DNA of 63,510 bases, counting the filler, from Octopus bimaculoides (lineage: Eukaryota), in NCBI RefSeq assembly GCF_001194135.2. It is 4 parts of 4 records of this genome, joined end to end, with 100 filler letters (N's around TTAATTAATTAA, not from the genome) between each part and the next. Parts side by side here need not be neighbours in the genome. Positions count along the whole stretch, not along the records: positions 18,953 to 36,860 come from NC_068988.1; positions 36,961 to 60,261 come from NC_068991.1; 2 more parts are not named here. One strand, written 5' to 3'. Made by a program: the position numbers and the translations under genes. Below are positions 27,938 to 39,228 of this stretch, piece after piece. A model generated the notes under the pieces. The model ran no database searches, was not told the DNA's origin, and saw only the letters and a list, made by a program, of their open reading frames with translations. Numbering within the stretch: position 1 is the stretch's first letter; the number at the start of each line of letters is the position of its first letter.

Positions 27938-29808
27938 CATGTATACATATATCTATACACATATACATAGATACACGCATACACACACATATACATACAT
28001 ACATATACAAATACATATAGACACATACACAGATGCATACACATACACACATACATGCATACACATACACACATACATACATACATATTCCTAGTAGAAA
28101 GTGATGACGGAAAAGAAATTTATTATTTTTAACCTTCTGTTTTTCAAAGCCAAGGAAGCGTCTAATTAAAGAAATTAATGAGTCTTGTGAATAAGCGATT
28201 AATTAATTTGCTGTAATCAATGGCGGTGACTCTTGAACTCCAACCGTTGCTTTATCGATTTATTTTAATCAACTTACGCTTTGATCATCGTTTTATCAAG
28301 CATGTATCTTCAACTGTGTCTTCACATCTGAGGTCATCCAGCAGCTAACACTCGTAGAGATAAAGTGCTCTTGCACATTGAATTTCAGAGATGGCGATTT
28401 CGATCTGCAGCCAAACCGCTTCTGATTTTCATTTTATTATTTTTGTTTATTTCTATTGTATTCATCTATTTATTTTTGTTAGACGTGTTTTGCTGTGTTT
28501 TCTTTTTTTTTTTTTTTTGTAAACGTGTTTACTTATTGTTTTTCAATGGCTTGTTCAGGCGATTTGTTTGTTTCGTTCTTCGCCGTCTGTTCCATATGTC
28601 GGGTTTAGCTAACATACGCAAGAATAAAGGCTAACATAACACAAGAAATAAATAACATAACATATAAAATAAGTTTTAAAAAAAGATCAATAACTAAAAA
28701 TATTTCGAAAAACACAAGAAACAAACGCAAAACTAATTGAAGACAAAAAATATTCGAATAATTCACTGAAAATACTAAAATTATCATGACTTTTTTTTTC
28801 TTTTCTNNNNNNNNNNNNNNNNNNNNNNNNNNNNNNNNNNNNNNNNNNNNNNNNNNNNNNNNNNNNNNNNNNNNNNNNNNNNNNNNNNNNNNNNNNNNNN
28901 NNNNNNNNNNNNNNNNNNNNNNNNNNNNNNNNNNNNNNNNNNNNNNNNNNNNNNNNNNNNNNNNNNNNNNNNNNNNNNNNNNNNNNNNNNNNNNNNNNNN
29001 NNNNNNNNNNNNNNNNNNNNNNNNNNNNNNNNNNNNNNNNNNNNNNNNNNNNNNNNNNNNNNNNNNNNNNNNNNNNNNNNNNNNNNNNNNNNNNNNNNNN
29101 NNNNNNNNNNNNNNNNNNNNNNNNNNNNNNNNNNNNNNNNNNNNNNNNNNNNNNNNNNNNNNNNNNNNNNNNNNNNNNNNNNNNNNNNNNNNNNNNNNNN
29201 NNNNNNNNNNNNNNNNNNNNNNNNNNNNNNNNNNNNNNNNNNNNNNNNNNNNNNNNNNNNNNNNNNNNNNNNNNNNNNNNNNNNNNNNNNNNNNNNNNNN
29301 NNNNNNNNNNNNNNNNNNNNNNNNNNNNNNNNNNNNNNNNNNNNNNNNNNNNNNNNNNNNNNNNNNNNNNNAACCCGCTACAAGGAGTAGTTAAACTCCA
29401 AACCACTATTAGCGGTAATTTCGAAAAGGAATGAAAAATAAAAACATTTAGCATCTATTTCCTGGTCCATGGTTTCAAGCTATCTTCAGCAAATAAAGTA
29501 ATTTGCTAGGCGAAGCTCTCATCAGCAGGAAAGCCAAAGATTAACATATAAGATTAACATATAAGCCCGAGGCAATACAGAACATGCCTCGTGCTTACAT
29601 GTTATGATTTTTCAAATTCACCGCGCAAGCGCAGTTTTTTATCGGCAGCAAATAGAAATTAATGCCGATTTTCTTCCAAAATTAGCCAAAAAATTATTAT
29701 TAATAAATATCAGGATAGTAAAAAAATTATTTAGAATTTTTTTTTACCACCAGTGGCCTAGCGTGTTGAAAAACTAGCCAATAGACTATATATTATTCAT
29801 TATAAATA

Positions 29809-29935
29809 CAGTATACATTTAACCACATACGAGATGGCCATAATAGGACATCTAACCCGCTAGAAGGAATAGTTAAAATCCAAACCACTATTGGGGGTAA
29901 TTATAGCCATCTCTTATGTGTTTAAATGTACACTG
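29809..29935. mobile_element. Small MITE-like inverted repeat (36-bp arms, 55-bp interior)
   Basis: CAGTATACATTTAACCACATACGAGATGGCCATAAT (29809-29844) vs ATTATAGCCATCTCTTATGTGTTTAAATGTACACTG (29900-29935): 32/36 complementary. TA on the left flank only. Confidence 0.65.
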
Positions 29936-30495
29936 CTTCGGTCGAAATAAGACTTTGGTGAAAGACCCTTATTTTAGAAATAACACACAGTGAGATCGAT
30001 CGCGGAACCTTGTGATATCGATGCGAACATTTTAATCACTTGCCCCCATTATGTCCACACTTCTTTCGCATTCTACACATTGGTCATCAAAAAACTTTGG
30101 TAAAACGCACTCATCAAAGATTCCACGTGTAGAATCGATCGCGGAACCTCGTAATTTCGAAGCGAAATTCTTACCCACTCGGCCACATTAAGTCCATATA
30201 TTGTTCGCATTCCACACATCGGTCATGAAATAACTTTGGAAAAAGGCACATATTTAAGATGCCACGCGTAGAACCGATCATGAAACCTCGTGATTTCGAA
30301 GCGAAACTTTTATCCACTCGGCCACATCAAGTCCATACATTTTTCGCATTCCACACATCAGTTAACAAAAGATTTTGATAAAAGGCGCTTATCTAAGATG
30401 TAGCGCATAGGATTAATCTCGAAACCACGTGATTCGAAGTGAAATTCTTATCCACTCGGCCACGTTATGTCTATGCACCCATCACATTCCACAGA
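29936..30495 (-). repeat. 139-bp tandem array (4 units) of tRNA-like/SINE-head cassettes
   Basis: A-box reverse complement CCACTCGGCCAC at 30175, 30314 and 30452, with a degenerate copy at 30036. ATCGATC-like anchors at 29995, 30134, 30273 and 30412 give a 139-bp period. Confidence 0.9.
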
Positions 30496-31120
30496 GTTTT
30501 CCTCTAAAATCGTTGTTGAAAACAGCACTTAGTATTCTAAGAATTAGAAAAAATGCAAATATTTGACATGTGTTAGAATATGTGCGTGTGTGCATGTATT
30601 TATGTATGTGTGTTTGAGCGTGCGTGTATATGTGCGAGTGTGACTGTGTCGATGGATGTCTATGCGTATTTGTGTCTGCGGGTAATTGTATACGGAACAA
30701 AGAGTGATACGGAAAAGAGAAAAGAGAGAATATGTTTAAGAATTAGAGTTAAAGATACAGAAAGAACTGTGTGTGTGCAAGTGTGTCTGCTTTTGGAGGA
30801 CGGTGTTTCTGTGTGGCCGAGGGTGTGTGCATGTAGAAGTGTGTGTATTGGTAAGTGTGCGTGTGTGTCTGTTTGTTGTTTAGTGAGATCAAACGAGCTT
30901 GAGTCATCAATCAACAAGTGAAAATTAAAATATTTCACAAAATAATATAAGTCTGTAATCTATAGCTACCAACTCACGCTCACTGAAGAAAAAAAGAACA
31001 AATTTTCTCCCTTTTTCTTTCTTTTCTATTTCTCTTTCTTTTTTCTGTATTTTTTGTATTTTTTGTGTAAAAATATGATATTGTTTTGGAATATTTTACG
31101 TTCCGTAAGGCGGCGAGCTG

Positions 31121-31441
31121 TGGAGTCGCAATGGCCCAGTGCTTAGGGCAGCGGACACGCGGTCGGAGGATCGCGGTTTCGATTCCCACACCGGGCGTTG
31201 TGTGTGTTTATTGAGCGAAAACACTTAAAAGCGCCACGAGGCTCCGGCAGGGGGTGGTGGCGATCCCTGTTGTACTCTTTCGCCCCAACTTTCTCTCACT
31301 CTTTCATCCTGTTTCTTGAGTATCGCTGCGATGGACTGGCGTCACGTCCAGCTGGGGGAGGGGGGAGCACATACGCCATAGAAACCGGGAAACCGAGCCC
31401 ATTAGCTTGGCTAGGCTTTAAAAGGGCGCAAAAGAAAGAAA
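31121..31441 (+). mobile_element. tRNA-derived SINE family C (V-domain-like core), long variant
   Basis: A box TGGCCCAGTGC, B box GGTTTCGATTCCC, core GCTGCGATGGACTGGCGTCACGTCCAG (V-SINE-like). Homologous to 40890 and 42091. Confidence 0.85.
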
Positions 31442-31480
31442 AAGGCGACGAGCTGGTAGAAACGTTAACACGCCGACAAA
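31442..31480 (+). mobile_element. SINE family B head remnant (split by family C insertion)
   Basis: AAGGCGACGAGCTGGTAGAAACGTTAACACGCC; the first 14 nt are duplicated at 31107-31120. Confidence 0.7.
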
Positions 31481-31974
31481 TTCATGCATAAGCCTGGCTC
31501 CATATTGTGGTCTATGGACATAACCAGGTCGGCTAAGTTGTTGTGAGAAATTAACAAACCTCATAGTATACTTCTCCAGGTTCCGCGTGACCCTCTGGTG
31601 TCGTTTTATCAAAGTGCTTCCAAGCCTTATATAGCTTAGGATCTCACCAAATTTGAATCCGGTGCTGGTTGGAGGTTAGGAAAATATTTCAGTTTTGAAG
31701 AATTTCTTTTTCGCTCTTTTTTTTTTTATTACTTTTTGTCGTCTACATTCCAATAACATGTTAATTCTTCAAAAAAGCTATTTCCAGTTGTTGCTGATCT
31801 GGTATAAAGCACAAGTGCGCTCCATGGGCCGCAACAGATGTTGCACTCACCAACATTTTAAATCGCATTCTTTCAAAGCGCATTTATCTTATGAGTAAAA
31901 TTTTACTCTCTAATACACGCCTTCTCATAGCGAACAGATGCACCAAAGTATGTTTTTCTATAACCCTACATAAA

Positions 31975-32060
31975 CTGCAAGAAATAGCAGCTAAATCTTC
32001 TTCAATCTTCACCATAACAATCTTTTATAGGAAGGATATTTTGCCCTTTGATAACATACA
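31975..32060 (+). mobile_element. Family D repeat arm fragment
   Basis: GCAAGAAATAGCAGCTAAATCTTCTTCAATC matches family D copies at 41390, 43430 and 50000. Confidence 0.55.
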
Positions 32061-32562
32061 ATTAAATTCTAAAAATAAAATGTGATTTTCACGGACATTT
32101 TCTTTGACCGTTGGTCTGTTTACGTTTGTTTTCTTCCATTTTCTCCTCAATCTTTCTATGTATCTCTCTCCTACCCTCTCCCTCCCTCTCTCTTTCTCCC
32201 TCTCTCTTTCTCCCTCTCTCTTTCTCCCTCTCTCTCTCTCTCTCTCTCTCTCGCTCTACCTTCACTCTTTTCTCGAAAGTTACTACAACAGCTGTTTATT
32301 TTTTTTGAATAAGCAAGCTGTGTACCACACAGCATTCTTAGGCCCACCCGATTCACTCGTTACTCCTATTTCTGCTTCTCTTGTCATATATTTTAATGTC
32401 TCACCCACAAAAAAACCCTCTAACAAACATAAACACTTCCCCCTCTGAGTAAAATACACACACACACACGCACACACACACACATAATGTCCACATCATA
32501 CTTTTTGCTTCCAAACATCTCGCTACAGGAATTCAAGTTAAGCAAAGTCGCAGGCGTTGCAG

Positions 32563-32815
32563 AGGCGCAAGTGTAGCTCTATGGCAAGAAGTTTTCTTCT
32601 CAACCACATCGTTACGCGTTCAATCCCACTCCGTGGAACTTTGGTCAAGAGTGTTGGTGTTGGTGCGCTTACGTCCCCGTAAATCAGCAGTTCGGCAAAA
32701 GTAAACGATAGAATAAGTTCGAGGCTTTAAAAAAAAAAGAAAAACAATGAATGACGTGGTCGATTTATTCTGCGAAAGCCCTCGAAGGCGGTGCCACAGT
32801 ATGGCCGCAGCATCA
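32563..32815 (+). mobile_element. SINE family A with internal deletion
   Basis: Head joined directly to the GTTGGTG...TACGTCCCCGTAA segment; ends GCGGTGCCACAGTATGGCCGCAG. Confidence 0.75.
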
Positions 32816-33139
32816 CAACTAACAGATTCATCATCATCATCATCATCATCATCACCACCACCACCACCACCACCACCATCATCACTGTCCTTCTAATTGG
32901 TGTGTTTTTCTGTCCGCCTTTGTATCGTCTTTCCGTCCGAACGTTTAATTGTCCTCTGTCGCGTTTTTGTTCCATTATATATATATATAAGATTGTCACT
33001 AATAGTAACAACTACATTGCGAGAAATAAGAGTCAAAGACCCTTATAGCCACAACCATTGCATAAGTCTATGTTCTGACAGGTGAGTTAACCGCCCCATA
33101 TTTTTCTTTTGTGGTTTTATATTGACTCTAGCTACGTAT

Positions 33140-33143
33140 ATAC

Positions 33144-33207
<64 letters not shown>

Positions 33208-33440
33208 GTGTTTATATATATATTTGTCTTCATGCGTGTGTCTTTGTCCACCACGACCACTATCTGACAACCGTGTTGATTTCTATACGTCTCCGTAACT
33301 TAGCTGTTCAGCCATAGAGATGGATAAAATAAGAAAACTGGCTTTAAAAAAAATTAAGTAATGGAGTCGATCTGTTCGACCAAATAAAGCTTCGAAGAGG
33401 ATGCCCCAGCATGGCCTTCGTCCAAAGACTGAAACAATTA
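33140..33440 (+). mobile_element. SINE family A 3' half, degenerate
   Basis: (TG)n spacer, then CCGTAACTTAGCTGTTCAGC...CCCCAGCATGGCC...GACTGAAACAA. Confidence 0.7.
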
Positions 33441-33854
33441 CATGATAAAACATAAATGATATCTACCAAGAAACGAATACAACATGGTAGACATTAAGAA
33501 GAATAGGGAAAAAAATGGTGGAAATCTCGAGTGAGAGAATGAAGGAAAAGTAACGCTATGTATTTGATGGAGGAAAGGGGGGAAAAGCAGCAACGATAGA
33601 ATAAAAACCGTAATGGCGTCTATGAAACATTAGTAACAACTGTTTTCTCTAATTTATCTGAATGTCTTAAGTAGCAACATCTGTTGGGAATAAACCAACC
33701 ATCGTATGTGTGTGCATTTGTGTGTGTATGTGTACGTACGTGCATCCAGAAATATATACAACTGTACATACAAGTGTATACTATGGATACGTACCGACAT
33801 ATATACATACATATATACATGCATACATATATACATATATATATATATATTATA

Positions 33855-33891
<37 letters not shown>

Positions 33892-34272
33892 NNNNNNNNN
33901 NNNNNNNNNNNNNNNNNNNNNNNNNNNNNNNNNNNNNNNNNNNNNNNNNNNNNNNNNNNNNNNNNNNNNNNNNNNNNNNNNNNNNNNNNNNNNNNNNNNN
34001 NNNNNNNNNNNNNNNNNNNNNNNNNNNNNNNNNNNNNNNNNNNNNNNNNNNNNNNNNNNNNNNNNNNNNNNNNNNNNNNNNNNNNNNNNNNNNNNNNNNN
34101 NNNNNNNNNNNNNNNNNNNNNNNNNNNNNNNNNNNNNNNNNNNNNNNNNNNNNNNNNNNNNNNNNNNNNNNNNNNNNNNNNNNNNNNNNNNNNNNNNNNN
34201 NNNNNNNNNNNNNNNNNNNNNNNNNNNNNNNNNNNNNNNNNNNNNNNNNNNNNNNNNNNNNNNNNNNNNNNN

Positions 34273-34330
<58 letters not shown>

Positions 34331-35176
34331 CAAACATATGTACATGTGTATATAAACGTAATATCTTTATTAAAGATTTAAGTACTTTCTTTAAAAACGT
34401 CGAGCTAAACGAAACTTCACTATACGGAATCATTATATCCTCAAGATATATGCTTTTTGTAAGAGAGATACCAGCCGAAATGAGGGTGATAGACGTTTGG
34501 ATATTCTCGAAATTTTGAAAATCTCGTTGAGTTTATCCAGCACGAAGATTTGGGCCTTGGTTTCGGAGTCAGCCATCGACTCACGGTTTGTCACTTTTTA
34601 TGACAGTTTCATAATCGAGAGAAATGACTCCCAGTACTTAATTTTTAAAGCCTGGAGCTTATTCAATGGGTGATGTTTTTTGTTTTTTTAAATAAACGGC
34701 TAACTTACAGAAGATTAAACAAACCAAAAATGGTTGATAAGAAATGAGAGATGGACAGAGACAAACATATATACATATGTATAAATACATACAGAAAAAA
34801 AAAAACTTACGATATTTCAAACAAAACGCCCAATACAACGGAAAACAAAACACCACATTTTGCATTCGTTAATTGCCTGATATTCACACGCACACACACA
34901 CACACACAGATAAAACATGTTATCAGTTTAATGTATTTCTCAAACCAATCTGCAGGCAGCCACTTCACACGGTGATGTTTGTAGCCATTTGTATGAAACA
35001 CATGCTTCCACTCTCCGCGCTACCGGGTTACACCGTTTTTGCATGTGCTCGTAACTTGCTTGTGTGAGAATGTTGCCACTTGAAACTCGGCGTTAAAATT
35101 CGAACCATCTGCACACAAACCTTGAGCAGTAGATGCCATCAATCATCATCATCATCATCATCATCATTATTATACT

Positions 35177-35600
35177 ATTTTTTACTCTTTTACTCTTTTA
35201 CTCTTTTACTTGTTTTCAGTCATTTGACTGCGGCCATGCTGGAACACCGCCTTTAATCGAGCAAATCGACCCCAGGACTTATTCTTTGGAAACCTAGTAC
35301 TTATTCTATCGGTCTCTTTTGCCGAACCGCTAGGTTACGGAGACGTAAACACACCAGCGTCGGTTGTCAAGCGATGTTGGGCGGACAAACAGACACAAAC
35401 ATATACACACACATACATATGCATATACGTATATACGACGAGCTGCTTTCAGTTTCTGTCTACCAAATCCACTCACAGGGCTTTGGTCCGCCCGAGGCTA
35501 TAGTAGAAGACACTTGCCCAAGATGCCACGCACTGGAAATGAACCCGGAACCATGTGGTTGGTATGCAAGCTACTTACCACACGGCCACTCCTGCGCCTA
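35177..35600 (-). mobile_element. SINE family A, full length
   Basis: Head AGGCGCAGGAGTGGCCGTGTGGTAAGTAGCTTGC on the minus strand; (AAAAGAGT)n tail at 35180-35210. Confidence 0.9.
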
Positions 35601-35656
35601 TATCATTATCATTATGATTATTATTATTATTATTATTGTTATTATTATTATTATTA

Positions 35657-35704
<48 letters not shown>

Positions 35705-35705
35705 G

Positions 35706-35850
35706 TGCAGCGAGCTGACAGAATTGTAAGGACGCCGGGCGAAATACTTAGCGGTATTCCGACTATCACTACGTTCTGAGTTCAAATTCCGCCGAGGTCG
35801 ACATTGCCTTTCATCTTCACCATAAGACCCAGGCCTTGAGCCTATGACAG
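35706..35850 (+). mobile_element. SINE family B with core deletion, tail type iii
   Basis: Head, B box and start of core, then AGGCCTTGAGCCTATGACAGAAAGG. Flanked by (ATT)n on both sides. Confidence 0.8.
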
Positions 35851-35881
35851 AAAGGATTGTTATTATTATTATTATTATTAT

Positions 35882-35922
<41 letters not shown>

Positions 35923-35966
35923 CTAGTTGTAGTAGTAGTAGTAGTAGTAGTTGGAGTATGAGTAGT

Positions 35967-36182
35967 AAGGCGGCAAGCTGGTGGAATCATTAGCACTCCG
36001 AAAGAAATGCTTAGCGGCGTTTCATCCGCACTTACTTTCTGCGTTCAAATTCTGCCACGGTTGACTTTGCCTTTCATCCTTTTGAGGTCTATAAAATAAG
36101 TACCAGTTGAACACTGGGGGTCGACGTAATCGATTTACCCCCTCCCACCGAATTGCTGACCTTGTACCAAAATTTGAAACCG
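35967..36182 (+). mobile_element. SINE family B, tail type ii
   Basis: Full head, core and tail; preceded by (TAG)n and followed by (TAT/CAT)n. Confidence 0.9.
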
Positions 36183-36368
36183 CTATTATTATCATCATCG
36201 TCATTACTATTATTATTATGTTTTTTCCTTCTTTCTTCAAATTTTCTTCCATTTCTCGCCGAGTGTTTNNNNNNNNNNNNNNNNNNNNNNNNNNNNNNNN
36301 NNNNNNNNNNNNNNNNNNNNNNNNNNNNNNNNNNNNNNNNNNNNNNNNNNNNNNNNNNNNNNNNNNNN

Positions 36369-36409
<41 letters not shown>

Positions 36410-36424
36410 TTGATGGTGTTGCTG

Positions 36425-36455
<31 letters not shown>

Positions 36456-36860
36456 AAATTTTCATGGAACAGTAAATAGCATGAGAAAAATGTATTGTGA
36501 TATTATTAGTTACTATGTGTGTGTGGGAGGGATGGTGGTAGTGCATGGGTGTGAGTGTGTGTGTGTGAATACGAGTGTTTGTGTGTGTGTGTGTAAATAA
36601 GAGTGTATATGTGGATCTGGTGTCCCTTGTAGTGTATGACTATATCCGGGTATGCGTGTAATAGCGATACATGTATGCTTGTGTGTGTGAGTGTATGATG
36701 AGAGACGTTGTGTATGTGTACGGGTGTCTATGTATGTGTGTGTGTGTTGTGCATGTGTATGATAAGCTCTGTGATACTGTGTGCGTGTGTGGTGATGAGT
36801 GCATGTGTGTGCGTGTATGTATATATGTATATGTATGTATATATATATATATATATATAT

Positions 36861-36960
36861 NNNNNNNNNNNNNNNNNNNNNNNNNNNNNNNNNNNNNNNN
36901 NNNNTTAATTAATTAANNNNNNNNNNNNNNNNNNNNNNNNNNNNNNNNNNNNNNNNNNNN
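36861..36960. other. Assembly spacer 44N-TTAATTAATTAA-44N
   Basis: 12-mer at 36905-36916. Confidence 0.9.
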
Positions 36961-36982
36961 ATATATATATATATACACACAC

Positions 36983-37248
36983 AATTGCAGCGTGGAAGGT
37001 GTTTATAAGCCATTTAAAAACACAAAAACCGTTAGATTCACTCCAACATTTAAATTTAATTTGTCAAAATATTTTCGGCGCTTTGAAACTGCGATCTGTT
37101 CACTAACAAGCACGAAATTTTGTCAGTAAACAGGTCGCGGTTTCAAAGCGAGGAAAATATTTTGACAAATTAAATTTAAACGTTGGAGTGAATCTAACTG
37201 TATTTGTGTGTTTTTAAATGGCTTATAAACACCTTCCACGCTGCAATT
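36983..37248. mobile_element. Fold-back (palindromic) MITE-like element, ~125-bp arms
   Basis: AATTGCAGCGTGGAAGGTGTTTATAAGCCATTTAAAAA... is mirrored by ...TTTTTAAATGGCTTATAAACACCTTCCACGCTGCAATT. About 90% complementary by eye, loop about 10 nt. Confidence 0.9.
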
Positions 37249-37856
37249 CTTTTTGTTTCAGCACACGAAGTCACTTGCTCTGCAAGTACATCAGATGTTG
37301 CAACATAGCATACTATATTGCATGCTGTCCCTATTAAGCTTTTCCTTAATATTTCTATATTTCTATCCCTTCAGTGGCATCATTCCCGTTCCTGTTTTTG
37401 GCTCAATGTTGAATTTAAAACAATAAAAATACTTTTCTTCTGTTGTTTTTCCCATCTTTAGTATTTTTCAATTGTTTTAAGGTTTTCCATCGATTAAATG
37501 AGCTTACTAAATTTCCCCCCTCATTAACTATCCTTATAAACCCACTTAATTTAATATCAACTCATGCAAGCAGTATGGTGCATATGTACATACATGTGTG
37601 CGTGTATGTATATATCTGTCCGTCCGTCCATCGATCGATTGATCGATCGAAGAAGAATGGAGTAAACACGTCCTTTAATTAGATAAATTTACAATTGTTT
37701 CATCTGGATTTGATCTTATGAATATCGCTTTATCATGCAAATAATATAAGTAAATATTGAGGTGTCATTGGCACGCATCAAATTCGACTCTTCAGAATCA
37801 TGTGTAAAAGTTGTTTGCATATATTAGAAAGGATTATTATTATTATTATTATTATT

Positions 37857-38062
37857 AAGGTGGCGAGCCGGCAGGAATATTAGCACGCAGGGTAGCAGCA
37901 TTTGGTCAGTCTTCACGTTCTGAGTTCAGATTCCGCCGAGGTCGATTTTGCCTTTCATCCTTTCGGAGTCGATAAATTAAGTACCAGTGAAACACTGGGG
38001 TCGATGTCATCGACTCTCCCCCTCCTCCCAAATTTGAGGCCTCGTGCCTTTAATAGAAAGAA
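37857..38062 (+). mobile_element. SINE family B, tail type iii
   Basis: Head, core and tail, with (TTA)n on both flanks. Confidence 0.85.
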
Positions 38063-38379
38063 TTATTATTATTATTATTATTATTGTGTATGTGTCAGCA
38101 TGTGTGCACATATGTGCGTATCCATTATGTGCAGAGAAGTGTGCACTTATGTATGCATCATGTGTGTATGCTTTTAGAATCTTGTGTAGGTGTGTGTGAA
38201 TCCGCAAGCTTTGTGTGTGTCTGTATGTTAGGGAGCAGTTTTCTTTTTATGTTACATTAAAGCACGACTCTGTTGAAATTTGATTTGTTTTCGCTGACAG
38301 AATTTGCCCGAAACCCCACTCAGTAAAAATGTAAAATCCTAAGGAATAATGCCAGGCAACAAAGCTCGTGTGAGAATCA

Positions 38380-38860
38380 TCGACCACGGAGGGGAAACGG
38401 ACGATATAAAAACAGAATATCCGAAGCCCGGATAGTATTCTACAGTCTAACAAAGGTGTGGAGAAGCAAAGGTATTTGCCGCAAAACAAAGCTGAAGCTG
38501 TTCAAGACGTTGTTCTGACCATTATTAATTCTGTGAATGGGAAAACTGGAAAGTGATAAAACATGGAAGTAAAAAACAATGGACGGCTTCCATTTCACAT
38601 GTTTAAGGAGGAATACTCGACATGAAGTGGCTGCAAAGAACCAGCAATAAGCACATTTGAAACGACAACGGATCAGTCACGAAATAGGACGAAGACGCTG
38701 TAACTGGATCGGACGTGTCACCAGACAACATTGTGAAAGCGATTGTATGGTGGCACTAAAGTGGTAGCCAGAAGAAGGAAAAGAGCAACTGGGCGCTCTG
38801 AAGTCACATAAGGAAGAACCATTGGCAAGAACAAGCAGGAAGAATGGTAGAGAAGCTGCA
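38380..38860 (+). mobile_element. RTE-clade LINE ORF C-terminal fragment, copy 1
   Basis: RISEARIVFYSLTKVWRSKGICRKTKLKLFKTL...RRRCNWIGRV...DCMVALKW*PE matches the RTE post-RT domain. Confidence 0.85.
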
Positions 38861-38996
38861 ATGAGAATATGACGCTTCAATGTGACGTCGGTAAGTTACA
38901 AAAATGACGAAACACCGATGTCCTTCTCTGCTGAATGGGATTTAGGGCGAGTTGTTTCGCCTGCTTATGACTTTGCTGTTATCAATTCATTGCGAT

Positions 38997-39223
38997 TTAA
39001 ACCCTTTTGTTACCGTATTTATTTTGAGAGCTCTGTGTTTCTTTCAATTAATTTTAAATATAACAAAGAATTTAATAAAATAACTTAGTTACCATTAAGC
39101 TGGTGTGAGCAACATAAATTGTGACTAAGGTTTGGTAGATTTTAATTTGAAACTTATGAAAACAAGACATTTGTACTTCAGAGCCAGAGGCGGTTTCAGC
39201 CGGGTTGGTATCGAAAGGGTTAA
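38997..39223. mobile_element. piggyBac-like MITE
   Basis: TTAA-flanked TIRs: TTAA(A)CCCTTTTGTTACC and GGTATCGAAAGGG-TTAA. Confidence 0.75.
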
Positions 39224-39228
39224 CTAGC

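Noticed and set aside
29501-29535. CTGATGA hammerhead core on the minus strand (also at 6906, 43723, 59623 and 60792)
   Set aside because: No stem II followed by GAAA.
29936-30495. CRISPR-like array or true tRNA gene cluster
   Set aside because: Whole units including the spacers are homologous, there are no cas genes, and the context is eukaryotic. Acceptor and T stems are not intact, so these are not functional tRNAs.
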